A DNA stretch of 47,760 nt from an uncultured Legionellaceae bacterium (GCA_964498615.1 CAZCHZ010000001.1:1-47760); one strand, 5' to 3'. Positions 7,992 through 15,052 are shown, counted from the first letter of the stretch. The notes: a model not told the origin generated them from the letters alone. A program made the numbers and translations.

Positions 7992-8351
7992 ATGAAAGAA
8001 TGGAAAGGAACAAAAGGAGAATGGATTTCAAGAATTCAATATTCTGACGGAGGATTGGTAAGCACAAAAGAATGTGATATAGTTACTGTGCATGGTTATG
8101 GAAATTTGACAGAAGAAAAAGCAAATGCAGTGCTTATCGCAGACACTGGAAACACAATTCAAAAATGCGGATTGATGCCGTCGGAACTTTTGATGCTTGT
8201 AGAATATTACAAACAAAAAAGCAAATTACTTGAAATAATTGATTCTGAAAGTCCATGTGACCCGGATATTACTGAAGGACAAATAAAGGCTTATGCTAAT
8301 TATCAAAATTTCTTAAAAACAAACGAACTAATCAATAAAATAACTGAGTAA
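7992..8351 (+). CDS. Hypothetical protein, duplicated gene copy A
   Basis: Paralog of 10055..10399. The C-terminal ~55 aa are nearly identical (LLEIIDSESPCDPDITEGQIKAYANYQ.FLK.NELINKITE). Confidence 0.7.
   Translation: MKEWKGTKGEWISRIQYSDGGLVSTKECDIVTVHGYGNLTEEKANAVLIADTGNTIQKCGLMPSELLMLVEYYKQKSKLLEIIDSESPCDPDITEGQIKAYANYQNFLKTNELINKITE
8138..8351 (+). repeat. Dispersed direct repeat, copy A (partner about 10187..10399)
   Basis: By-eye alignment shows high nucleotide identity across the 3' halves of the two paralogous genes. Confidence 0.75.
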
Positions 8352-8393
8352 CAACTAAAACCTCGCTTGTATAGGTAAAAGCTAATTTACATC

Positions 8394-8570
8394 ATGGAGC
8401 AATTAATTAAAAACTTAAAATTAACAAAAGAAAATACTCAAATAGAAATCGAGCAATTACTTTTAAATACTCAAGATTTTAGCCAAAATTATTATCTGAT
8501 AAAAAGAATGAATACTAATAGTTACGCTGAAGCTGCTGAAAAGATATACAAAGAACTGCAATCTAACTAA
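8394..8570 (+). CDS. Hypothetical 58-aa protein (not in ORF track)
   Basis: Own translation MEQLIKNLKLTKENTQIEIEQLLLNTQDFSQNYYLIKRMNTNSYAEAAEKIYKELQSN. It fills the 230-nt gap between 8351 and 8582. Confidence 0.45.
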   Translation: MEQLIKNLKLTKENTQIEIEQLLLNTQDFSQNYYLIKRMNTNSYAEAAEKIYKELQSN

Positions 8571-8581
8571 AACCAACTAAA

Positions 8582-9067
8582 ATGGAAATAAAACTTATAT
8601 CAATGGCGGCGTATGTTCATCAAACTGTGGAAAAAGAAAAAAGTCATTCATGGAAATTACAATATATATGGGATTTTGCCGATTTCCTAAAGAAATCCTT
8701 AAACCTCGGCATGTTCATTCCTGCAAAGTTAGTAGATGGTGTTTGGGTGGTGTTGGAAGAGCCGATTGACAATACTTGCAAAAACTGTGACCATAAAGAA
8801 GCGTTTGATATTTGCTGTCATTTTGAAGAATACCAACAAGCCAAATCAAACGTAATTTTTGAAGGGTTTGAAATAGAATACTTCAATTATGGTGGTGATG
8901 TTAGCAATGAATCATCTTATCAAATAATTTCAAAAGAAACAGATGTTCAAATTTGTATTTATAAAGCTCAGCCTGATTATTTTATTTGGAACTATAAAAC
9001 CATCGAAGACCTTATTCCATACAATTTAACATTAACGCCTGAATGGGCAGAAAAATTAGGATTATGA
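8582..9067 (+). CDS. Hypothetical protein (intact copy of the gene reduced to a remnant at 10707..10778)
   Basis: ORF track. Its first 8 and last 11 codons are repeated at 10707..10778. Confidence 0.7.
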   Translation: MEIKLISMAAYVHQTVEKEKSHSWKLQYIWDFADFLKKSLNLGMFIPAKLVDGVWVVLEEPIDNTCKNCDHKEAFDICCHFEEYQQAKSNVIFEGFEIEYFNYGGDVSNESSYQIISKETDVQICIYKAQPDYFIWNYKTIEDLIPYNLTLTPEWAEKLGL

Positions 9068-9738
9068 AAAAGCCTTTAAAGGTTGTTTGGTTTTCGTGTG
9101 GTGCGGCTTCGGCAGTTGCAGCTAAAAAAACTATAGAAAGAGATAGTGATAATTATCAAATATTAGTAGTGAACAATCCAGTAGCAAATGAGCATTCAGA
9201 TAATTTACGTTTCTTAAAAGATGTTGAAAAATGGATAGGACAAGAAATTATTTCGGCTACAAATCCTAATTATCCATCATGTAATATTGTTGATGTTTTT
9301 GAAAAAAGAAAATATATTAGCGGAATAAAGGGCGCGCCTTGCACTCAACAATTAAAAAAAGAAGCTAGATATATTTTTGAAAAATCACACGATATACATA
9401 CTCATGTTTTAGGATTTACGGTAGATGAAAAAGCCAGACACGAAAGATTTACAAAATTTGAAAGAAGTAATGTAGACCCAGTACTTATTGATTTAAAATT
9501 AACCAAACAAGATTGTTTTGAAATACTTTTGGATGCTGGGATAAAATTACCTGAAATATATAATCTAGGTTTTCCTAACGCGAATTGTATAGGATGCGAT
9601 ACTTATACAAATAAATTAGAAGATAATAATTCAAAAGGAATTGATTTATGTACTGAGTGCAATAATTCTTTTGAAGATAAAACTGGATGGTGTTCTATAA
9701 ATTGCTGTATAACCGGAAATTGCGATCAAACTTGTTAA
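9064..9738 (+). CDS. PAPS-reductase-like PP-loop (adenine nucleotide alpha-hydrolase) protein with Cys-rich C-terminal tail
   Basis: MKKPLKVVWFSCGAASAVAA: a PP-loop-like glycine/serine N-terminal motif. NANCIGC motif, then 9 further Cys in the last 50 aa. ATG 9064 forms an ATGA overlap with the upstream stop. Confidence 0.45.
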   Translation: MKKPLKVVWFSCGAASAVAAKKTIERDSDNYQILVVNNPVANEHSDNLRFLKDVEKWIGQEIISATNPNYPSCNIVDVFEKRKYISGIKGAPCTQQLKKEARYIFEKSHDIHTHVLGFTVDEKARHERFTKFERSNVDPVLIDLKLTKQDCFEILLDAGIKLPEIYNLGFPNANCIGCDTYTNKLEDNNSKGIDLCTECNNSFEDKTGWCSINCCITGNCDQTC

Positions 9739-9740
9739 TT

Positions 9741-10037
9741 ATGAACGATTCAACATTCAAAAGACTAACATCTTCATTTACCCAACACTTTGACGATTGT
9801 GATTGCGTAGATTTACGAGCCGGAACACAGATTGAAATATTCGCCTGGCGTCATGATGGATTTAAACTTCAGATAGAAAACGGATCATTTACTGAGGAAC
9901 AAAAGAACGTATTGCAAGCATTGATTAATAATGCCGTGAGTACATTAGATGATCATTTCAAAGAAGTGAACCAAAAAAAAGAAGATTATGTAGACCCATA
10001 CGAATACAATGGAGTACGAAGAAGTGATTTTTATTAA
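9741..10037 (+). CDS. Hypothetical protein
   Basis: ATG at 9741 (MNDSTFKRL...) immediately after stop 9738. The track's earlier start overlaps the upstream gene. Confidence 0.6.
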   Translation: MNDSTFKRLTSSFTQHFDDCDCVDLRAGTQIEIFAWRHDGFKLQIENGSFTEEQKNVLQALINNAVSTLDDHFKEVNQKKEDYVDPYEYNGVRRSDFY

Positions 10038-10054
10038 TTAAAAACTAAATTATT

Positions 10055-10399
10055 ATGAAAAATTGGAAAGGAACAATTGGGAAGTGGTGCATTGCTGGAC
10101 ATGCTATTAAAACAGGATTTGGAGAATTTATATGCTCTGTACCTACTTGGGAGCATGGAGAAAAAAAAAGTAATCTCGAACTAATAGCTGACGCAGGCAA
10201 CACAATTCAAAAATGTGGTAAGTTGCCGAGTGAACTTTTATCTCTTGTTGAATATTATAAAGAAAAAAGTGAGTTATTAGAGATAATAGATTCTGAAAGC
10301 CCATGCGACCCTGACATTACTGAAGGACAAATAAAAGCTTATGCTAATTATCAAAAATTTTTAAAAGCAAACGAACTAATCAATAAAATAACTGAGTGA
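10055..10399 (+). CDS. Hypothetical protein, duplicated gene copy B
   Basis: Paralog of 7992..8351. Confidence 0.7.
   Translation: MKNWKGTIGKWCIAGHAIKTGFGEFICSVPTWEHGEKKSNLELIADAGNTIQKCGKLPSELLSLVEYYKEKSELLEIIDSESPCDPDITEGQIKAYANYQKFLKANELINKITE
10187..10399 (+). repeat. Dispersed direct repeat, copy B (partner about 8138..8351)
   Basis: By-eye alignment with copy A. Confidence 0.75.
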
Positions 10400-10695
10400 T
10401 GGAAAAAGAAAAGTATAAATTTCAAAAACAATCAATATCAGAACAAATAAATTATTTTCAAAATCAACGTAGGGATTTAGATTCTAAGTATATTGAAGAA
10501 AATAAAATGTTCGAAATTGGTGACAGAATAATGGACGATAAGCAAAACTTTGGATATGTATATGGGTTTGAAATTGATTACGCCGATGATGTAAGGCCAA
10601 AAGCTTATAAAGAGAAGAAAGACGGCACGCCATCAAAACACTCGATGTATATTTCACATTACAGTAGCGTAATTTTAGCAAACAAAGAAGACTAA
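10399..10695 (+). CDS. Hypothetical protein
   Basis: ATG 10399 overlaps stop TGA 10397..10399. The track start at 10396 is GTG. Confidence 0.6.
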   Translation: MEKEKYKFQKQSISEQINYFQNQRRDLDSKYIEENKMFEIGDRIMDDKQNFGYVYGFEIDYADDVRPKAYKEKKDGTPSKHSMYISHYSSVILANKED

Positions 10696-10706
10696 ACCCA
10701 ACTAAA

Positions 10707-10778
10707 ATGGAAAGAAAACTTATATCAATGGTGGGAAAAACATTAACGCCTGAATGGGCAGAAAAATTAGAATTATGA
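10707..10778 (+). pseudogene. Internally deleted remnant (23 codons) of the 8582..9067 gene
   Basis: MERKLISMVGKTLTPEWAEKLEL. Positions 10695..10731 match 8571..8606 and 10740..10779 match 9029..9068. About 420 bp of the intact copy is missing. Confidence 0.7.
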
Positions 10779-10957
10779 ACATAATTTGCTTTCTAGGCGT
10801 ACATAAATTTATTATTTTGCATAAAACAAGAACATATTTAGACAAAACAGTATTAAAAATGTCCGCTAAACTAGGTAATTATAATACCCAAAGAATAGAA
10901 GAACACTATGTTTGTAGATTTTGTAAAAAAGAAAAAGTAACAAGCTATAACGAATAA
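10775..10957 (+). CDS. Hypothetical small protein with C-terminal CxxC
   Basis: ATG 10775 (MNIICFLGV...) forms the same ATGA junction seen at 9064. Confidence 0.5.
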   Translation: MNIICFLGVHKFIILHKTRTYLDKTVLKMSAKLGNYNTQRIEEHYVCRFCKKEKVTSYNE

Positions 10958-10965
10958 TTAACCAA

Positions 10966-11331
10966 ATGAAAACAGACAAGCAAAAAGCGATTGAAGAAAA
11001 ACCAAAAATTACATTCATTGTAGGAGGAAAAGGCGCGGGACAAACTGCAAAAGCAACCGCTTGGTATGAAAACAGATTATATTCAATTCAAAATGAATTA
11101 TCAAAGTTTGAGTTAATTCGATTATATAATTTTGAAGTTATTATTTTTGATAATCTAGGAAATTTAGATGATGATAAAATACAAACAATCCTAGAAATAG
11201 TAAAAACAAAGAATATTCCTGATGTTATTTTCGTTTGTGAATCTACAGGAGGATTATTTGGCATATTAATGGATAACGGAATTAATTTCAATATAGTTCC
11301 CTGCAAAAAGTTTAACCCAATAAATAACTAA
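10966..11331 (+). CDS. Small P-loop-like protein (degenerate Walker A)
   Basis: ITFIVGGKGAGQTAKA (Walker A-like, with Gln where Lys is expected) and VIIFDN (Walker B-like). Confidence 0.35.
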   Translation: MKTDKQKAIEEKPKITFIVGGKGAGQTAKATAWYENRLYSIQNELSKFELIRLYNFEVIIFDNLGNLDDDKIQTILEIVKTKNIPDVIFVCESTGGLFGILMDNGINFNIVPCKKFNPINN

Positions 11332-11341
11332 TCATTATAAC

Positions 11342-11377
11342 AAAAAGGCTCAAACATCCCTGCTTGAGCCTTTTTTA
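11342..11377. terminator. Bidirectional rho-independent terminator
   Basis: AAAAAGGCTCAA-loop-TTGAGCCTTTTTT between convergent genes. A-run on the 5' side, T-run on the 3' side. Confidence 0.8.
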
Positions 11378-11378
11378 A

Positions 11379-11591
11379 TTACAACAATGATTCAGGATTT
11401 ATTTCCAATTCATTGAAATAATCTTCAAGCATTTCATGAGCTTTAGCCAAATATTTCAAATGCTCTTTTCCTGTTTTATTTTCCTTCAGTTCTTTTTCAG
11501 CACATTCAATTGTTTTGTGCATCAATTTTACAGCTATCATTTCAGAAAATTCCAAAGGATGTTTTTCGAAGAAATCTTTTAAATTTGCCAT
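11379..11591 (-). CDS. Hypothetical 70-aa helical protein (partner of the glycine-rich protein)
   Basis: ORF track. Lies 6 nt downstream of 11598..12305 in the same unit. Confidence 0.6.
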   Translation of the reverse strand: MANLKDFFEKHPLEFSEMIAVKLMHKTIECAEKELKENKTGKEHLKYLAKAHEMLEDYFNELEINPESLL

Positions 11592-11597
11592 GACTTA

Positions 11598-12305
11598 CTA
11601 TTTAACATTGGTTTGTTGATTTGCTTGATTTCCTGAAGCAGCCATAGTCCCGAAATTAATAACATCCTGAGTATTTCTGTTCAATTGATTGAATGATCCA
11701 AAAATAGTATCAAATCTTCTAATATTATCGAAATCTCTTTGGGTTTGGATTTGCGATTGCGCTTGTAATTGAGCTTGTATATTACTATTGTTATTGATAT
11801 TCTCAATTTTAATAGCATCTATATCGCCTCTACGTCTTTCACTGTGTAATTGATCTCTTAGGTTATCAATTTCAGTTTGATTAATTCTAGCCAAAATAGC
11901 AGCTGTTTGTGCAACTCCAGCAGCTTCAATATCATCAAAACGTTTATCATTTACAATAGCAAATGCGGTTGCTTGATCTTTAATTGTCTGAGTGTTGTTG
12001 GCAGATTGAATGGCAGCTGCATAAAATTGTTGAAGATTTGTTTTTTCTGCATCACATATTGCTGCTGCTAAAGCCCTACTCTCTGAAACAGTAGTGTCTT
12101 TTGCATTTGTGATAGCAGCTAAAGTGGCAATTTCTTTAGCACAATTACCATCATTTTCTCGATGATCTCTTCGTCCATCTAAATCACCGATGCCTTTTAA
12201 TCCTAAAAGGCCAAATAATCCTAGCCCTCCAAAGCCTCCACTACCAAATCCGAATCCACCGAATCCTGGTCCAACAGAATTAAATTCTGAACTGTTCTGT
12301 AACAT
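11598..12305 (-). CDS. Glycine-zipper / Ala-Gln-Asn-rich protein of unknown function
   Basis: N-terminus GPGFGGFGFGSGGFGGLGLFGLLGLKGIG, a helical A/Q-rich body, and a Q/N-rich tail. It has its own -7 box and terminator. Confidence 0.65.
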   Translation of the reverse strand: MLQNSSEFNSVGPGFGGFGFGSGGFGGLGLFGLLGLKGIGDLDGRRDHRENDGNCAKEIATLAAITNAKDTTVSESRALAAAICDAEKTNLQQFYAAAIQSANNTQTIKDQATAFAIVNDKRFDDIEAAGVAQTAAILARINQTEIDNLRDQLHSERRRGDIDAIKIENINNNSNIQAQLQAQSQIQTQRDFDNIRRFDTIFGSFNQLNRNTQDVINFGTMAASGNQANQQTNVK

Positions 12306-12334
12306 AATTTTAAATTTTATTGTTTATAATACAA

Positions 12335-12342
12335 CAAAACTA
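12335..12342 (-). promoter_or_regulatory. -7 box TAGTTTTG for the glycine-rich protein operon
   Basis: TAnnTTTG match 29 nt upstream of ATG 12305. Confidence 0.45.
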
Positions 12343-12385
12343 TTGCAGGAATTTTGCACTTTTGTAAGAATAAACGACTACTTTT

Positions 12386-12613
12386 ATGAACGTAAAATCT
12401 GAATTATCAACAATATTGGTTGCTATTGGTAAAAACACTAAAAAATTAAGGTTAGAAAAAAGAATCACCCAACAAGAATTAGCATATAGGTGTGATATGG
12501 ACAAATCAGGAATATCGAACATTGAAAGATTTAATTATTCAAATATTACAATAGGGACATTAATAAAAATATCGATGGTATTAGAATGCAATATTGTTGA
12601 TTTAATGAAATAA
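12386..12613 (+). CDS. XRE-family helix-turn-helix transcriptional regulator
   Basis: LRLEKRITQQELAYRCDMDKSGISNIERFNYSNITIGTLIKISMVLECNIVDL: canonical HTH_3/XRE signature. Confidence 0.85.
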   Translation: MNVKSELSTILVAIGKNTKKLRLEKRITQQELAYRCDMDKSGISNIERFNYSNITIGTLIKISMVLECNIVDLMK

Positions 12614-12645
12614 AAAAGCCACTCAATTACGGGTGGCTTTTTTTC
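12613..12645 (+). terminator. Rho-independent terminator
   Basis: AAAAAGCCAC-loop-GTGGCTTTTTTT directly after the XRE stop. Confidence 0.75.
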
Positions 12646-12672
12646 TTAAAGTATTGTGTGAACTCACCTTTA

Positions 12673-12710
12673 TGAATCCCCATTGCATAAAGCTACGGGA
12701 TGAGGATTCA
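12673..12710 (-). terminator. Imperfect hairpin downstream of the 12713 stop (terminator candidate)
   Basis: TGAATCC...GGATTCA with an extended interrupted stem. No clean U-run. Confidence 0.35.
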
Positions 12711-12712
12711 CT

Positions 12713-13153
12713 TTAATATTTTCTGACTAATCCTAAACTTGCAATCTTAGTGCTTTGAGTTCCTGAAGGTGTGACTACTACTCTGTAATATTGAAATGGA
12801 GACGCAATTATCGGAAAAGCACAAGTTTGACTGGTAACATTTGTTAAGGTAAACGCTGTAATTCCAGCAATATCCACATAATTTACACCATCTACAGATC
12901 CTTGTGGCTTTACAGTACCGGCTACAGTACCTGAGATTTTTGTTAATGTAGATTGGATAGTAAAATGCACATTTGAACCGTTTACAATAGCATACTGATA
13001 TTTTACAATACTGTCTGTAATTGTGTCGGTTGCAACATGTGTAGGAGCAGAAAGTAAATTACCAACAGCTGCGTAGGTGATTTTTGGACCAGTAACTTGT
13101 GCAATAGATCCAATGCCAAACATCAAGACTAAAGCAAATAATAATTTTTTCAT
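12713..13153 (-). CDS. Secreted beta-rich protein (signal peptide)
   Basis: MKKLLFALVLMFGIGSIAQ signal-like N-terminus. The mature part is rich in T/V/S. Confidence 0.6.
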   Translation of the reverse strand: MKKLLFALVLMFGIGSIAQVTGPKITYAAVGNLLSAPTHVATDTITDSIVKYQYAIVNGSNVHFTIQSTLTKISGTVAGTVKPQGSVDGVNYVDIAGITAFTLTNVTSQTCAFPIIASPFQYYRVVVTPSGTQSTKIASLGLVRKY

Positions 13154-13202
13154 GTTTTTAAATTTTTTAAGTTAATTAATAAAGTGTAAAAATACCAAAT
13201 TT

Positions 13203-13715
13203 TTATACAAAAATGATGTTTTTATATTTTTTATAAAGATACCAAATGATAATAATCAAAATTAAAATCCACAAATAGCTAAATATGCTAAACTCTCGGT
13301 TAGTTGTTTTTGTTTTGACTGCCTCTTTTGTCTGTTCCTTTTTTTGACTTGTTTTAATTGTTTTGTCTGCGCTTTTTTCATTTATAGAAGTATTTATATT
13401 GTTTTGGATAGATGATGCTTTATTCCTTGTTGTTTTACGTTTTGTAGTTTTAGTATTTCCCAACTCTTTGCCATCGTGATAAGCTGGTTTTGTTTTGTCA
13501 TCAGCTTCAATAATGGTTTCTTCAATTATCTCGTTTTTAACTGAATCAATTTTTGTGGTATTTTCAATTTTGATGTTTGCATCAATAACCACATCGTTTT
13601 TTAAAGTTTCTGATTGCTCAATTTTTGATTGCTTTTCCTGTTTATTAATTTCCGATTTCCTGGAACCGCAACTAATTAATAACAGGATTGATAATATTAC
13701 TGATAGCTTTTTCAT
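13203..13715 (-). CDS. Lipoprotein with C-terminal transmembrane helix (unimolecular spanin candidate)
   Basis: Lipobox LLISC at residues 12-16. K/T/E/N-rich middle. C-terminal FSIFSYLWILILIIIIWYLY TM. Lies two genes downstream of the endolysin. Confidence 0.5.
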   Translation of the reverse strand: MKKLSVILSILLLISCGSRKSEINKQEKQSKIEQSETLKNDVVIDANIKIENTTKIDSVKNEIIEETIIEADDKTKPAYHDGKELGNTKTTKRKTTRNKASSIQNNINTSINEKSADKTIKTSQKKEQTKEAVKTKTTNREFSIFSYLWILILIIIIWYLYKKYKNIIFV

Positions 13716-13914
13716 TTTGTTTTTGTTGTATTACGTTTCTAATTATTATGCAGTCGTTCCACATTTCCTCTTTTTCAAATACCAATAAAGCACATTCTAA
13801 ATCTTGAATTGTTCCTTCATTGCACCAATCAATAAATCGTTCTTCAGTTTTAATCAGTGATCTAATCCATAAAGGATTAATTAATTCTTCGTATGCTTTT
13901 ATTAGATTTTTCAT
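13672..13914 (-). CDS. Hypothetical protein
   Basis: ORF track. Its 3' end overlaps the lipoprotein gene by 44 nt. Confidence 0.5.
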   Translation of the reverse strand: MKNLIKAYEELINPLWIRSLIKTEERFIDWCNEGTIQDLECALLVFEKEEMWNDCIIIRNVIQQKQNEKAISNIINPVIN

Positions 13915-13975
13915 ATAGATAAAATTAAAAATTAAACACAGTCAAATTACATAGTTTTTTATTTATTCACAGATT

Positions 13976-14539
13976 TCATTTGAAACTATTAAAAGCAGAT
14001 TTAAGTTTTAAATCATATTTATTTTTATAATAATAAACACCATTATAAGCTCTAGCAAATCCAGCAAAATCCTCTTCTCTCATTTCATCATCTAAATGGC
14101 TATTTACAATGTAATTCACAAATAAATCTAATTGAGAATCCTCACCGTTTGACATTTTATTTATGAAATCTTGAATAGATATACACCCGCATAATTTATA
14201 ATTATTTCCTAAAATTTGAAACATCCCCCAACTTGCCGATTTTAAAGCTGAATCTCTATCAATATTAACTGCTTTTTGCAATCTTAGGTGTTGTTCAGAT
14301 TCTTTACCGTAAGGTTTTGTCCCCCATGTTGGATAGCATATATCTGAAATTATAGGTTTAATACCTTTAGCTTTTAATTCTTTCCAAAAAACATGAGGTT
14401 CAAAAAGAATTTTAACTTCTCCATTTGACAAAAACCCACTGTCTTTACCTTCAATTTCCTTAACAGCTTTGACCATAGCTACCTTACAACCTATTTTTTT
14501 GGCAGCTTTAATAAATGATTCTTCAGTTATTTTCGTCAT
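13976..14539 (-). CDS. Endolysin, N-acetylmuramidase family (DUF3380/PF11860-like)
   Basis: VKAVKEIEGKDSGFL..KILFEPHVFWKEL...SASWGMFQILGNNYKLCG...FARAYNG..YYKNKYDLKL matches the conserved blocks of this family. Confidence 0.85.
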   Translation of the reverse strand: MTKITEESFIKAAKKIGCKVAMVKAVKEIEGKDSGFLSNGEVKILFEPHVFWKELKAKGIKPIISDICYPTWGTKPYGKESEQHLRLQKAVNIDRDSALKSASWGMFQILGNNYKLCGCISIQDFINKMSNGEDSQLDLFVNYIVNSHLDDEMREEDFAGFARAYNGVYYYKNKYDLKLKSAFNSFK

Positions 14540-14753
14540 GATTTATAGATTTATTTTTATATAGTTTAATTTGTTTTTCCTGGATTTCAAGTTGCAATTT
14601 TAAAACATAATTCTCTTTTAATCGAGTTTTATATTCAATTTCCTTTCGTTCATCAATTTTTTGTTCTGGAATTTCTCTGGATTCATTTTTAAAACCAAAC
14701 CATCCAAGCCATCCAAATACAAAAACTATAAATATTATACTAGCTGTCTTCAT
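14523..14753 (-). CDS. Type-II membrane coiled-coil protein (i-spanin-like or lysis accessory)
   Basis: N-terminal TM IIFIVFVFGWLGWFGF followed by a charged helical segment. Confidence 0.5.
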   Translation of the reverse strand: MKTASIIFIVFVFGWLGWFGFKNESREIPEQKIDERKEIEYKTRLKENYVLKLQLEIQEKQIKLYKNKSINHDENN

Positions 14754-15052
14754 TTTTTTTGCATTTCAAGTTGTTCCGTTCTATCGCGTAGTTCTTCAAG
14801 TTTTTTCGCTTGCTTTTCCACATAGAATAAGTGCCTTTTATTATCAATATCATGATTTTTACGCTCGGTTTCAAACGCTTTCTGAAAATAATCGCGCTCA
14901 CTAGTAATTCTAAGCTTATCCCCGAAACAGTCTCGATCATTTTTATTGATAAACCCATAAATTAAATAGCATAAAATTACTATAATTACAATGTTTCTTT
15001 TATTCTCATTTATTGTCGTAATCCATTTCAAAAAACCCAAATATACTTGCAT
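14750..15052 (-). CDS. Single-TM coiled-coil membrane protein
   Basis: TM IVIIVILCYLIYGFI, then a charged helical C-terminus. Preferred over the alternative-frame ORF 14740..14958. Confidence 0.5.
   Translation of the reverse strand: MQVYLGFLKWITTINENKRNIVIIVILCYLIYGFINKNDRDCFGDKLRITSERDYFQKAFETERKNHDIDNKRHLFYVEKQAKKLEELRDRTEQLEMQKK

Noticed and set aside
12190-12522. ORFs 12190..12402(+) and 12340..12522(-) around the XRE promoter region
   Set aside because: The first is the antisense Pro-rich mirror of the Gly-rich coding tract. The second is antisense to the well-supported XRE HTH gene.
12386-12613. Temperate lifestyle / prophage, inferred from the XRE repressor-like gene
   Set aside because: I recognise no integrase, excisionase, transposase, ParAB/plasmid-prophage module or att-like flanks anywhere in the window. 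A 75-aa XRE protein alone is insufficient evidence for lysogeny.
14740-14958. Embedded o-spanin gene in an alternative frame of the i-spanin-like ORF 14750..15052
   Set aside because: The 72-aa alternative-frame product has no signal peptide or lipobox cysteine. Its only Cys is near the C-terminus.
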